From Isurus oxyrinchus (Eukaryota), in assembly GCA_026770705.1 (NCBI GenBank), contig JANJGN010000075.1:1-64000 (forward strand): a DNA stretch of 64,000 bases. Reading direction: 5' to 3'. The notes under the pieces were generated by a model, which was given only the letters and a program-made list of their open reading frames with translations, had not been told where the DNA came from and searched no databases. Below are positions 1 to 14,209 of the stretch, one piece after another (within the stretch, counting starts at the first letter, position 1; every line of letters starts with the position of its first letter). Both the position numbers and the translations under genes were made by a program.

Positions 1-56
1 ACAAGGAAATGACAAATTATTTGCGCAAGTTTTAAAACTTCTGTCTTCAAAGTAGT

Positions 57-98
57 CCACACACACACACACACACGCGCACGCACACATACACACAC
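57..98. repeat. (CA)n/(CG)n microsatellite
   Basis: Visible acacac...gcgcacgcacac tract. Confidence 0.9.
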
Positions 99-129
99 CA
101 TCCATGGCCTCGAAATAAAAAAGGGAGGG

Positions 130-1720
130 ACAAGCTAATACAAGCAGGGTCACTGGAGAAAAAGTACTGGGAAGGCAAATTGAATTAAAGGCTGAAATGG
201 CTCCGGGAATCCATGGCCTGCATCCTGGGGTCCTAATGGAAGGCGCAGCAGGAGTATTGGGTACATTGGTTGCAATCATCCAATATTCCCTGATTCTGGA
301 AAACTTCCATCTGCTTGGAAAATTGTTACTATAGCGCCTTAATTCTAGAAAAATACATTTCAAGAAAGAACAGTGAACCATATACCTGTTAGATAAGCAC
401 CTGACTTTGTGAAAATGGCACAATTCATTATGAAGAATGTAATAGCAGGGCACATATAAATTCATACTTTAATCAGGCAGAGTGAACATGTTACTGTGGA
501 ATTGAGATGGAGTTTAGTAAATGTATGTTTCCTTTGAGAATGTAACAAAGACGCTCGACAGTGGGGAGCCTGTAGATCTAGTGTAATTGGATTTACAAAT
601 GCTATTCGATAAGCTACCACGTTAAATGATAACGCAGCACTAAATGAGAGCTCATGGTATTATGGATGAAATAAGGGCAAGGGTAAAGGACTGGGAAACT
701 AACTGCAAATGGAGATGAGGGGGAAATGGAACACATTTAGTTTGGCACACTGTAACAAATGGACTGGCACAGGGATCAGCGCTGGAACTACAACCATTTA
801 TCAACAACATGAATGTTTGGATGAAGGGATTGGGCTGAATAGTAGCCACATTTGCAATTACACAAAAATGGGCAGGAAAGCAAGTTATGAGGAGGATACA
901 GCGAGTCTGCAAAGGATAAATCAAATGAATGATTGGCCAACAATTTGGTAGTTGGAATATAATCTTGGAAAATATGAACTTTTCCAAATGGCAGAAAAAA
1001 ATCGGATATTAATTACAATGGGGAGAGTCTGCAAAATGTTCTTCTAGAGAGGGCCCTGAGTGCCCTTGGACATGAATCACAGAGAAGTACAATGAAGGCA
1101 CAACAAAAATCGATGGAAAAAATAGAAATATGGACATTTTGTTGCAAAGGAATTTGACTTTAACTGTGGGGAACCTCACCGCATTTTTACAGAGCATTGG
1201 TGAGAATATAGCAGGAGTTGTGACTAAAACCTTGTTCTATAGGCACAAGGAAGGATATTCTTGCTTTAGGAGCAACTCACACAAGTTTCACTGAAAACTC
1301 GGATGAAGCGTTAGTCTTCAGGAAAGGCTGAGCAGATTGAGCCTGTGCACAATGGCGCTTAGAAATCTGAGAGTTGGGTTTAGAGAAGCAAACGAGGCTC
1401 TGAGCGTGTATCACAGACTCGATAATAGGCTAATTCTCTCCCCGTGGGTTGACTGAGAATTACGGCCGGCAGTTTACGAATAAGGATTCGCACAGATAAA
1501 TGGCGTTGAAAAGGCATTTGTTTTCCCTGGAGTTATCTCCACCAGGGAGCAGTGAAGGCTTGGAAATTTAGTATATTCAAGGGTGTGATACACAAGGACA
1601 GCCAGGTGCATGGGGGATGGCAAGAAACTGGAGTGAAGACCGCCATTTGATCAGCAATGATCGCATTGAACGGCGGAGTGGGCACGAGGGGTTGGATGGC
1701 CTACGCCAGCTCATATTTCG
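130..1720 (+). mobile_element. Degenerate CR1-clade LINE (RT region to 3' tail)
   Basis: Remnants of the CR1 ORF2 motifs GLHPxVL, SLxSG..P..WK and DxVxLDF..AFDK (gatctagtgtaattggatttacaaatgctattcgataag), followed by a CR1-type 3' tail; many stops and frameshifts. Confidence 0.8.
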
Positions 1721-4200
1721 ATTAAATTAACGAATGGATGATCTCACGTAAAGGCTTGAAATATAGGGAATAGTTAAGTTTGTCAGAGGGGCATGAAATT
1801 CTGGTGCAATATGAATCCATATGAAAATCGCAACAAATACTGTACATGTATCACAAAAGGATTAACTTGAATATTTAACAAAATTTAGTTGGTCCTTTTT
1901 ATCATATCTAGCCGCAAATAAATTATCCAGCACAGGAAGGACGGGACGAATGAACTCCTATATTTGTATCGGTAAATCTAATCATATTTGTTGTATTCGG
2001 TCTCCATTTGGAAACACTGTTAATAATCAATGGCTGTCATCAGTGTATGCCCTTTGTCTTAAGGACATAAGCCAATAGAAATAAGTTTAACCATTCACTA
2101 AAGATCCATTTACTGACCGAAGGAAAACTTCTTTGAATGTCAAAGGATAACAGCTGGGTGTCGTGTGTGTGCAAACACTGAGCATGTTTGCATAACCCCA
2201 AATGTGTCCAAACCAAGAAACATCATGTGAATGTGCCAGAGCTCCAATATGGAACAGTTGGAGGCATTGACAGTGGAATTGAAAAAAAATGAGTATGGTA
2301 ATTGAGAGCTGAATTCTCAACACAAAGATAGACTGCAGCATTTTTGTTCATTAGTCTCCGCCCACCTTGCAGCTCTCTCTCTCTCAGTGATGTGTTCAGC
2401 TCTCCCAGGCTGAATGAGCAAGTGGAGTTAACTCCAGATTCCAAATCGAAACGCTGCCTGAATTATTCACCAGAGCTGTTTAGTTTTACAGTTGGTAAAG
2501 ACACCAGCTTAAAGCTAACAGAAGGTATATTCAAAGCTGCTGAAGGCTGGGGACATGACTGAAAAATAAGCAGACGGAGCGAAAGTGGACATTATTAAGG
2601 ATGATAGGAATAGCACTTAAGCGTTAGAGCGGAAGGGAGCGTTTTCAACTTCATGGCGCTTTAGTGCAAACAAACAGGAACATTGCGTCTGTCAGTAACG
2701 ACATTGGGTTATATTTAATAGAATATCCGTAAATAAAATTTACTAGAATATTCCCTAATTGTGTTCAATGTTTTACTCCAATTTAACTTTCCAAATCTCC
2801 CAAAGGCGCTCGCTGATGAATGATCCCGTCAATGCTGGATTCCCCATCACATTATCGGACCCAGATTGAAATAAGATCTTGATGAGATCACGAGCCCCCC
2901 AGACAATTATGGTGTTAAAGGCCTATGAACTTTTTGAATTGTTTCTAACTTGTTTATGTTCATTCAGGGATGTGGGCATCGTTGGCTAGGCCGGCGTTTA
3001 TTGCCCATCCCTAATTCCCCTCATTGCAAGGACAATTTTAAGAGTCAACCACATTTCTGTGATCTGGACTCACATGTAGGACAGACCAGAGAACGACGGC
3101 AGATTTACTCCCTTAAGCGTATTTCACCCTCCTTCCGCCCATGCCCACTTCGCAGCACAGAACAAATATCACCGAATAATCAGCAGCTGTGTCACAACAC
3201 TTTTCCGATGTTCACTTTCTGTGGCTTTGGAGCACTGAGATGACTTGAAGTCAGACCGAACAACCAGGACTAAGCAGACAATCGGCCCTGCCGAGGTTTT
3301 GGGCAGAAAGACTCCTATTTCTAAAGGATAAATTCACTCTTCTCCAAATCACGTCACAGAACAATCATGTTACTATAAAACCGATCGTAGAATTTACTTC
3401 AACATGTGCAATGTGGAATTCGGGAGACAGCTCTTGACCCAGGGACAGGGCAGAATATGGGAAACTGCAACTCATGAGCAGATGAGGGCTGCAGGATTGA
3501 TGTTTTTCACGGGAAATATGTTCGGAAACATGTAGGCAATAAACATTATGAGGAAGTGATGATTACGTTGGATGAACCAGAGTGGATGGAGGATGGTGTG
3601 GAGCATCAATTGCAGCATAGGGCGAATAGGCCGAGTGAGGTATTTCTCTGCTTTGAAAACAAACAATTTCAATGGATATTAGGCACGAAGCGACAAAAAA
3701 GGCACTAACTGAAAATGACTGTGTTCAGCATCGAAGCCCTTCCCTTCTGATGTAGTGAAATTTAACCATCACAGCAAGAACAGAACATCAGAGTGAAGAT
3801 TTTGTTTGAACACACTGAATACAAACATATTTTGACAATATTTTCGACATGACCTCAGCCTTAAATAGTATTAAGCCTTAATAAATGCAGCAGTACTGTG
3901 AGAGGAACAGTAGCAGCTGACGGCTCTCAGGTATTCATTGATCATCAAAACTGAATTCAAGACTGATAACTACAGTAACCCATTTAATATTTCAGCAGCA
4001 TTTCTTAGCATCTCAATACCTGGATACATTTGGGTGCATCACACAAATTAAATGGGTTAAAATGAAGGGTACTGTCAGTGTTTGACTATTTTTTTAAGGC
4101 AGAGGTGTGTAGATTCTTGGTAAGCAAGTGGTTACCGGGGATATGAGAGATTCAGATGACGTAACCAACAGATCAGCCATGATTTTATTAAATGGCAGAA
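1266..4200 (+). repeat. Direct (tandem) duplication unit 1, ~2.9 kb
   Basis: Starts ttaggagcaactcacacaagtttcactgaaa and ends gattttattaaatggca; both ends recur at 4384 and ~7788 with collinear interiors. Confidence 0.85.
2960..3120 (-). mobile_element. HE1-like SINE fragment
   Basis: gggatgtgggcatcg..ggctaggcc..tttattgcccatccctaatt..tttaagagtcaaccacatt, typical of the elasmobranch SINE body/tail in reverse; paralogous copy at ~6240-6395. Confidence 0.7.
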
Positions 4201-4383
4201 CAGGCTGAAGGGGCCGAATGGCCTTCTCCTACTCCTGTCTGTGTGTCTGTATCTGCGTGTGTCTCTCCCCCTGTATGTGTGTCTTTGTATCTGTCAGTGT
4301 TTCTGACTCTATGTGCCTATCTCCTTCTATGTGCCTGATTCTGTGTATGATCTGCCTATGTCTGCGCGTGTGTTACTCTCTAG

Positions 4384-7300
4384 TTAGGAGCAGTTCACAC
4401 AAGTTTCACTGAAAGCTTGTCTGAATAGTTCAGGAAAGGCTAAGAAGATTGGACCTATACTCAATCGCACTTGAAACCTGAGTGTTGGACTTATAGAATT
4501 ATATATGGTAACCAGGGTCTTTTGCAGACTGGACACTAGAAGAATGTTCACCCCGTTAGGTGACTGAGAACTAGGAGGCAGAGTTTAGTAAGAACGATTC
4601 AACCAGTGGAATGGAGCCGAAGAGGAATTTGTTTCCACGGGAGCTTTCCTCGTCAGGGAGCAGTGGAGGCTGGGACATTTAATATATCCACGGTTGTGAT
4701 CTACGAGGATGTCAAGGTGCATGCGGGCCAGAAAAGGAAGGCCACAATTACAACAGTCTCGATCTCATTGAATGGCAGTGCAGGATCGAGGTTCTGAATC
4801 GCCTACATCTACTCCCATTTCTAATGAACTAATGATCGTATGATCTTATATATGGGTTTAAAAATGAATGGAATGTTTAACTTTTTAAGGGGAGCATTGA
4901 AACTATAGTGCAAATTGATTCCATTTGAACTATCCAAAGACCACTGCACATACAATTCAACAGCAGGGGTGCTTTATCGACCCCATTTAATCACATTTTG
5001 GTTTAAAGTTTGTAAGGTTCCTTTAAACTTTGTCCTTAGTTTTACAACTGACCTGAATTAGGGGCTGTGCTTGATTTATCCCTAATTTTGTTAATTTGGA
5101 TTAATTGTTTTAACTCTAAAAGAGTTACAATTCAACAGCAATAATTTGTGTTTGTGCGAAATTAAAAACTCGGGTATTGTACCACATTAATCAGCACTTT
5201 AAAAATCCAACACAGAAAGGACGGGCCTAATGACCTCCTCTGGTATAAGATATCAATACTTCTTGTTATAGTTGTTGTACTGGGTTTCCATTTGCAACCA
5301 TTATCAACAATTAATGGAATTCGTCAATATATACACTTTTCCTTCAGGGCAGAAATCAATTGAAATAAATTAAAACATTCACTAAAGGTTCATTCACTGA
5401 ACGCTTGGAAGCATCAGTGAAAGTAAAAGGAGAACTGCTGGGTGCCGTGTGTCTGCAAACACAGAGCATCTTTGCAGATCCCCACATGTGTACTGACCAA
5501 GGAAGATAATGTGAATGTGTCAGAGCTCCAACTTGCAACAGGTGGAGGCATTGACAGTGGAATTGAAACAATGGATTGTAGTAATTCAGAGCTCAATGCT
5601 GAACACAAAGTTAGTCTGCAGCATTGTTGGTCATTAGTCTCCGCCCACCCTGCAGATCTATATCTCAGTGATGTGCTCAGCTCTAGCAGCTGAAAGAGAA
5701 AGTGGAGTTAATTGAAATTTCCAAATTTAAACACTGCCCGAATTATTAAATAGAACAGTTTAGTTGCACAGTTCGTAAATACACCCGCTCAAAGCTAACA
5801 GAAGGCATATTGAAAGCAGCTGAAGTCTGGGAAAATGACTGAAACATAAGCAAACATAGTGAACTTTGTTATTATTAAAGATGATTGTGATAGAACTTAG
5901 GCGTTAGAGCGGAAGGGAATGGTTTGAACCTGATGGGGCCTCAGTTCAACGAAACAGAAACTCAGCTTCTGTCAGTAAGGACATTGAATTAGAATTAAGA
6001 GGATTGCTGAAAATAAATTCATCAAAATGTTCCCTAATTGTGTTCAAGTTTTTTCCTCAATTTAACTTTCCAAATCTCCCGATGACTCTCGCTGATGAAC
6101 GATCCCGTCCACGGAGAATAACCCATCACATTATCTGATCCAGACTGAAAGCATATATTGATTTGATCATGAGCCCCCCCAGATAATAGCGGAGTTAAAG
6201 GCCTATAAGCCTTTGAAACGTTTCTAACATTGTTTTTGTTTGTTCAGAGGATGTGTGCATGGCTAGCTAGGCCGCCATTATTTGCCCATCCATAAGTCCC
6301 ATCACTGGGGCGACATTTTTAGGAGTCAAGTACATTGTTGTGTGCCTGGAGTCACATGTCGACCAGCCAACGAAAGGTGGCCATATTTTCCTTCACCCTC
6401 GTTCCGCGCATGCCCGCTTAGCAGCACGGAACAAATTTCAAAATAATCGGCTGCTGTGTCACAAAATTTGACCATTGCTCCCTTTCTTTGGCTTTGGAGC
6501 ACTGAGCTAACTGGTAGTCACATAAGGCAGCAGAACTAGGTAGATTATCAATATAAAAACAAAAAAATTGTGGATGCTGGAAATCCGAAACAAAAACAGA
6601 ATTAACTGGAAAAACTCAGCAGGTCTGGCAGCATCGGCGGAGAAAAGCAAAATTGACGTTTCGAGTCCTCATGACCCTTCAACAGAACTAATTAGAAGTA
6701 GGAAAAGGGTGAAATATAAGCTGGTTTAAGGGGTGTGCGTGTGTTTGGGTGGGGGTGGGGGGTGGGGGGCTGGAGGCGGGGAGAAGCCTTGTTCTTCTCA
6801 GCCGATGCTGCCAGACTGCTGAGTTTTTCCAGATATTTCTGTTTTTGTTAAGCAGATTATCGGCTCTGCCGAGATCATGGGCAGTCAAACAGGCTCCCAT
6901 TGCGAAAATTACATTTACTATCCTTCAAGTCATATCACAGAGCCAACATCTAGCGTTAAAACCGTGAGATCAGAATCTACTTCAACATGTGCAATGTGGT
7001 ATCTATGAGATATCTCTTGACCCATGCAGTGGGCAGAATATGAGACATTGCAGCTCGTGGATTAGTTGAGGACTATGTAATTGATATATAGCAGAGGAAA
7101 TATGTTTGGAAACTTGTGGGTGATAAACATTATGAGGAAGTGGTGATTACATTGCATAAACCAGGGTGGCAGGAGGATGGTGTAGAGCATCAATAACAGC
7201 ATAGAGCTCTTGGACCGAATGATGTCTTTCTCTGCTTTCAATGCAAATAATTTCAATGGACATTAGGCATGAAGCGACAAAAAATGCACTAACTGAAAAT

Positions 7301-7788
7301 GACTGTGTTCAGCATCGAAGCCCTTCACCCCTGATCAAGTGAAATTTAACTCTCACAGCAAGAGCAGTACATCAGAGTGAAGATTCTGTTTGAACACACT
7401 GAATACAAAGATGTTGTGACAATATTTTTCACAAGACTTCAGCCTTAAATACTATTCTGCCTTTCTAAGACCATCAGAACTGTGAGAACAACAGCAGCCA
7501 CTGCTCGTTCTCAAGCATTCATTCATCATCAAAACTCAATTCAAGACTGTTAATTACAGAAACTAATTTAATATTGCGCCAGTATCTTCAAACATCTCAA
7601 TGTCTGGATGCATTTGGGCGCATCACGCAAACTGAATGGGTTGAAATGAAGGGTAATGTCAGTGCTTGAATATTTTTAAGGCAGAGGTGGATCGATTCTT
7701 GGTAAGCAAGGGGCTGATAGGATATCGGGTTAGGAGAGATTCACATGACGTAACCATCTAGTCAGCCATGATTTTATTAAATGGCACA
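4384..7788 (+). repeat. Direct duplication unit 2, ~3.4 kb (includes Penelope insertion)
   Basis: Collinear diverged copy of 1266-4200. Confidence 0.85.
6550..6848 (-). mobile_element. Penelope-like element terminal fragment with internal inversion; hammerhead motif at 6651-6689
   Basis: Same terminal sequence as the GIY-YIG-bearing element at 36.3 kb. 6790-6848 is an inverted copy of part of 6590-6650. Flanked by an imperfect TSD taggtagattatc/taagcagattatc; empty site in the paralog at ~3270-3285. Confidence 0.8.
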
Positions 7789-7994
7789 GCATTCCGTTGC
7801 AACGCATGTTGGTTTGTGTGAAGGACACAGAATGAAGGTGATCTTTGCCACCAGATTCAGCCCCGTCTCTATTTCTCGGTTCTCATCATTTAGCATTTAC
7901 CCTCAGGATTCAGCTGTCACAGGAGACGGTGGAACTCACAGAGAAGAAACAGTGAATGAGGACCTGGAGAATCTTATCATTTTCTCTGTGGTTA

Positions 7995-8430
7995 AGCAAT
8001 GTTTGTATACATGTCTCTTTCTGAGTATCTGTCATTTTCTGTATCTGTATCTTACTCTCTGTGTGCCTATGAGTCTTTCTGTGTGCATGTCTCTGTGTGT
8101 CTGCCTCTCTGTGTCGGTCTCTGTCTGTCTATCTGTCGCTGCTTGCATCTGTGTGTATGCCTCTTTGCGTGCGTATGATTCCCTATTTCTCTTTCTGTCT
8201 GTGTGTCTGCCCCTGTCCGAGAGTTCGTCTCCCTGTATGCCTGTGCATTTGATTGTCTCTCTAAATTTCCTTCTTTCTGTCTGTGTGGCAGTCTCTAGCT
8301 GTGTGTCTGTATCTGCATGTGCCTCTCTCCCTGTCTGTGTCTCTGTGTGTTTCTGACTCGATGCGACGATCTCTGTCTATGTGTCTGACTCTGTGTATGT
8401 CTCTGCCTATGTCTGCAAGTCTGCCTCCGT
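7995..8430. repeat. Degenerate (TG/TC)n low-complexity tract
   Basis: tgtgtctctg-type repeats; source of the spurious V/C/S/L-rich ORFs. Confidence 0.85.
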
Positions 8431-9319
8431 CTAAAGTCTTTCTCCGTCGGCGAGCCCCATTAAGAAATTAATTCATACATTAGCAGCAGCATTTGAAGTT
8501 GAAGAAAAACGCCTCAGTAGGTGTATGATAAAATTTGATGAGAAAGAGCAGCTGCTGTAAGGTGTATATTTAAGGACATTAGTCTCCACCCCTGTACAGA
8601 TCTATATCTAAATGATGTGACCAACTCCAGACCTGTAAAGGAGAAGGTGCTGACTAAATAATAAGAACCAAGCAGTGTTTCAAATCACCATAACAAGAGC
8701 AGTTTATTAACTGTCACATGCATGATACCTCGCATATCAACTAAATGGATAGTGAAAGAAAAACAAAATATTAATAGGTGAAATTTCTGGAAATGTAACT
8801 GTCTGAATTTTACAGAGTCAGTGAATGTTTGTAACAGAAAGCTGTGGTTTCACAGCAGAAACATTTCATCTCAGGCACAAAACAATTTATCCCTTGACAG
8901 TAGAAACAATGACCCAGAGACAGGCGTGTGTTAAATCACATTGAAAGAAAATACATGGTGACAATTCCTTCTATCTACTTTGAATAGCTTAAACAACTAA
9001 TTCCACGTTACAAAACCGCCAGTGGTGCAGACAAACAGACTGATTCACCCTGCACTTAATTATTCACACTATTAAATGCAAGCTGCTTCAAATACAAAGC
9101 AGCCATTAAACATTCCACAAAGCAGCTCAGAAGTTATTAATAAGCAGAGACGGTGCATTATGCCAACATGTTGAGATTGGAGCGCCATTTAATCATCTAT
9201 TTACAGACTGAAAAAAAAGTTTCATCAAGTACCTGAAAAGGAAGCCAGAAGCCAAAATGTGCATTGGCCTCTGAGAGGTGGAGACTGGCGAGTTAATGAT
9301 GGGAATCAAGTACCTGGTG

Positions 9320-9735
9320 AATGGATATTAGGCGTGAAGTGACAGAAAATGTAATAATTCGAAATCTGTGTGTTCAACGTCGGAACCCTTCAATTCTGCT
9401 CAAGTGAAATTTAAACCTCATAGCATGAACAGTGCATCAGAGTGAATAGTCTGTTCGAACACGCTGAGAACAAGCATATGTTTCAATTTTTTTACATGAC
9501 TTCAGGCATAAATAATATTAAGTTGTTCTATGAAGATGGCCACTGTGAGAGCAATAGCAGCAGCTTCTGCTTCTCAGGCATTCATTTATCTCAAAACTGA
9601 ATTCAGCCTGCTAAATATAGGAACAAATAGAGAAACAAATTTGATATTGTACAAGCATTTTCTAACATCTCAATTACTGGATGCAATTTGGCGCAACAAA
9701 TAGATTAAATTGGTTAAATTGAAGGGTCCTGTCAG
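9320..9735 (+). repeat. Partial third copy of the duplication unit
   Basis: Matches ~3672-4078 and ~7254-7665 (aatggatattaggc ... gaagggt..tgtcag). Confidence 0.8.
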
Positions 9736-10589
9736 GCACAAAGCAATTCTGTAAGGTATAAGAACAGACTGGCAAGTCATTATTTCAGCTGCTTCAACCT
9801 CTAAGAGACAGTGCAGATTGCCAGTTGTTCACTGAGAATGAGGGCAAGGAATGAGGTGATGGTTATCACTGGAAAACTACACCCACGATGGGCATGTGTG
9901 TGAGGGCATTGGGTTATACCTTCAAGTCTGAACATCAGATTTCAGAGAGGAGAGAGCCCCAAGGAGGCTAAAAGTGGGGAGCAGGGGAATAGTGGAAAGC
10001 AGCAAATGCAACTGAATGGATGTCATTAATCATCATTTCTTCAGCTCTGTGGAGAAACTAAAGAAGTCGGGGGTGTTCTCCAGATAAAACAGAATTTAAG
10101 TGGACGTTTAGGGAATATGACCAGGTATTAGAGACTTCATTCCTGTGTAGGGACTGGAGAAGGTGGCATGATTCCCCTTAGATATGAGGAGTTTAGCACA
10201 TTTTTCCCAAGGTGGCAGTGAGGATTGGGAATTATTTTATCAGAAGAGATGTGACAAGTTGGGAGTGTTGGTGAGAAATCAGAATGGGAGGAACAAATGT
10301 GTTGAATACAAAAAATACCCGAGCAAAACAAAGAGGCTGAGAATGTGTCAGGCTGAGGCTCACGGTTTCAGAAAAATCTTTAAGCAGAAATCTGTGATAT
10401 CAGCTCAGAGACACTTCATCTCGGACATATGTGATTTCAACCCCTGACAGGATGAACAGGGCATCACAGCCAAGTCTGGAGCCAAACATATAAAAATAAC
10501 ATTTATTGCTGTAACCTTTTGGTACGTTTTAAGCCTTGTTATTCATGAATTTCTCTAACACCACGAGAGTTAGAATAAAAACGTTAAAG

Positions 10590-11875
10590 ACCCATTGTTG
10601 AGTGACGCCAAGATGGATTTATGAAAGGGAAATGATGTTTGACAAAACCATGAGTGAATATGAGGGATGCAAATAGCGCAATGGATAAAGGTTAAACCAA
10701 TGGATGCAGTTTATTTGAATGCTTCGATAAGGCCCGAAACAAGAGATTAGAAAACAGAACCAGTCATTGGGGTTAATAAACTAGCATGGATTGAACAATG
10801 TTTTCAGATGGAAAATAGAAAGTAGCTATAAAAGGGTCATTCCCAGTTTCTCAGGCAGTCATTAAAATGAGGTGCTGCAACGATCAGTGCTTGGTCCAAC
10901 TGTTCACAATCTACAACAATAAACTGGGTTTAGGGGCAAAGGTAACATTTCCATATTTGCTGTTGACACACAATTTGTTGGGAATACGAGTTCTGAGGAC
11001 GGTCCAATGAGGCTTCAAGGGGATGTAGACAGGCTAAGCAGGTGTGGATGAGTATGGCAGATGGAATGTAATGAGGTCAAAAGTAATGGAATACACTTTG
11101 GAAGAAAAAACAGAAAGGCAGAGTATTCCATAAATGCTGAGGGATTGGGAAGTCTGGGGACTGAGGTGTACCTGTTCATATATCACTAAATGTTAACATG
11201 TGGATTCAGCAATCAATTAGTAAAGGAAATGGAAAGTTGGCCTTCATTGCAAAATGATTTTTGCACAGGAATTAAAATAAAATGTGATACTGCATCTGTT
11301 TAGAGCCGTGGCAAGGCCGAAGCTGCAGCGTTATGTACAGTCCTGGCCATCTTATCTGAGTAAGAATATAATTGTCATCGAGCGAGTGCAGCGAATGTTC
11401 ACTAACGTGATCCCTGAAATGGAAGTAGTATCGCCTGAGGAGACATTGAGGAGACTGTGTTTGTGTTCTAGAAAATTCTGAGCCTAAGAGGTGATCCCTT
11501 TCAAAGGTACAACATCCTTAAGGGGCTTGACAGGACAAATGCAGGGAGGAAGTTTCCGCTAATTGGATGGTCTGGAACCAGGGAACAGCGTCCCAGAATT
11601 AGAGGTTTGGGGGGTGGGTGGCTACTTAGGACGGGGTTAAGAAGGACATTCTTCACTCAAAGGATGGTGGATCTTTAAAATTCTCTACCCTAGATGGTTG
11701 TGGAAGCTCTTTCATTGAGCATCTTCAAGGCAGACATCGATAGATTAACTGATTCAGAAGATATCAAGGGTTATGGGGGCAGTGCGGGAAATGGCGCTGA
11801 GGTGGAGGTTCAACCAGTATCTAATTGAAGGGCAGAGCAGCTCCAGGAGCTGAATGGCCTCCTCCTGCTTCTCTG
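10590..11875 (+). mobile_element. Degenerate CR1-clade LINE
   Basis: GFMKG.., FAxDT remnant (tttgctgttgacaca), ORF 11284 'LFRAVARPKL..VQSW..YL.K.I..IERVQRMFT' and a CR1 3' tail. Confidence 0.85.
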
Positions 11876-14209
11876 TCGCTTTGAAATTCAGACAATCCAT
11901 GTCTGGAGTGAGTCTTTGAAATAGCAATCCAATTATTCACTCTGAGATTTTATTTACACAAGCCCTGCAGTTAAAAAGAAAAGTTAAAAATAAAACATCA
12001 GTTTTGTGACTCAGTGAATCGTTGACTGAAAGTCACGTGAAAGCAGCTGGGTGGAATTTGTATTCAAATATGAAAATTCATTAGAGAATACCAAACAGAA
12101 TGTCCAGTGGAAGTGCGGAGGTCCATTATGGAACGGATTGAGCTGTTGATGGTGGCAATTTGCACGTGAGATGTGGAGATTGTGAGTTGGATGCTGAGAA
12201 CATGGGAAAGCTGAAGCTCTGTTTTTGCTGATGGACATTAGTATCCGCCCACCCTACAGCTGCATATCTCAGTGACGTGTTCATTCGTAGCTGGGTGAAT
12301 GACGAAGCAAAGTTAAATCAACATCCCTGATCTGGAGGCTGACTGAATTATCCGCCAGAGATGGACCAACAACATACACACGCTGAAAAATATCACAAAG
12401 CGCCTGGAATTCGAGGACAAATGGGAACAAGATAGAAAACTCAGCGAACATTCTGAAAATAATCAGTGTTGCAGAGGATAGAAATAGCCCTTACCATCAT
12501 AGCGGAAGGCAGCGGTTTCAACTCGAAGGAGCTTCAATAGAAAGGAAGAGGATCTGAGCAACTGTCAATTACGACGGTGACTCAGAAACAAACGAATGGT
12601 TCAAAATAAATTGATTAGAATGTTGTGTAATTGCTTGAAAGTATTCTCCCAACAGTTTGTTCCATTCTCCCGAGGGCACTGATTCCCAAATGCAAACCCG
12701 CGCTTGTTCAAACTACTCTTCTAGTCATCTGTTCATTTACGTTTTCAGAAACAGTGTGGGTTTCTTGACCTGACGTCAGTGGTGACACTGGAGGAACTTT
12801 TCCCTCCTACAGCGCATGCTCGTTCCCCTGCGTGGAGCAGGCTCTATCATCATATTTGTCTTCCTTCAGTGGATTGGGAGCTACGCGCTGATTGGTCGCG
12901 CCAGCATCTCCTCTCCATGGAGATCGGGAAACTAAGAAGAACTTGCATGAGAACGACGGACGCGCACAAATGGATTGATTTAAAATGTACTGTAAGAATA
13001 ACACTGCTTTTCTTTCAATCGAAGCTCACAACAGTTAATTATTTTGGGCCACACCACTTGTGGCAGAAGCCATGGAATTTCTTCACCTTTTCTCAGAAAA
13101 ATTATGGATTGTCGAAATGTTCCAAGAGTTGAAATATCTAATATCACCCCCCCCACCCCCCCACCCCGCCCCATGCCTCCTAACCTCTAAAAAAGAAGTA
13201 TGAACAATTCGGATGAATAATGAATAGATAATGGAGTTTATAAACATAGACCCTTCAGTATTTCAAATAGAGTTTGGAATGAGGGGATTCAGAGATTAAC
13301 TCTGAGCCCCCAAAGCAGTTGGAACAGAGTTTTCAGGACATTAGTGCTCATTCACAGTAAAGATTTATATCTAAACAATATGCTCAACTCCAGAAAACTG
13401 GATGGAGAAGCTGAGAGAAGACAATTTATGAGAAATATGCCCAGCCTGAATCATGCTTCTGCTTCGGCTTTTCTTGTGTTAACATCACAGAATAATATCC
13501 CTATTCCACCAACAGTCATAGAGCTAGAACTAGCAAAAACAGGCATGCCCTACCGAAATAGCAGTCCTGGTAATGAAAACATCACAATGAAAATATTATA
13601 AAGATAGATCTTGAAATTTTAAAGTGACGGGGCTGTTACTCTTTACTTTGATTGTTTATTCCATTGTGGGATTGTCCCTGGGATGAAAAATATCTAACAC
13701 AATGTCTCTGAAAGACATGCCCTTTCCTGTTTAATTTTAAGAAATGTTGTGGTGTCCAGACATTAACCCACAGGCAATCACAAATGTCATAAAGCGCCTG
13801 AAATTCAGCTTCGATGTTGAAGAGGAAAGAGAAATATCGAAAATGGATATCACAAGAGGAACAGGAATATTCAAAGTTGGTACTGCAGAAGTCAGTCTTT
13901 TTAGCTTGGAGAAGCGCAGGTTGAAATAAGGTGGGACATAGCGTCCAATTGGGGCGCAGTTGGGGCGGGGAGCGTCGGGCTGTGCTAACAAAGTGCCAGA
14001 AGACATTTACTAAATATTCACTTTTACACGTGCCTTCTCCCATTTGTTTCTCTATATCTCCTGTAGATGCACATTCCCGACAGGGGATGTACCCCACGGT
14101 CGCCACCAGCAACTCACAGCATTACTTGCTGATGATTTGAGTGCAGACACCGAAAGGGCTGCTTGAACTGAGATGAGCAGAGATGACAGAGCCAGGCCTT
14201 CGCCCTCCT

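Noticed and set aside
7781-8471. Hydrophobic Cys/Val-rich ORFs as membrane proteins
   Set aside because: Translations of TG/TC microsatellite; the same applies to 4218-4412, 53182-54123 and 56176-56574.
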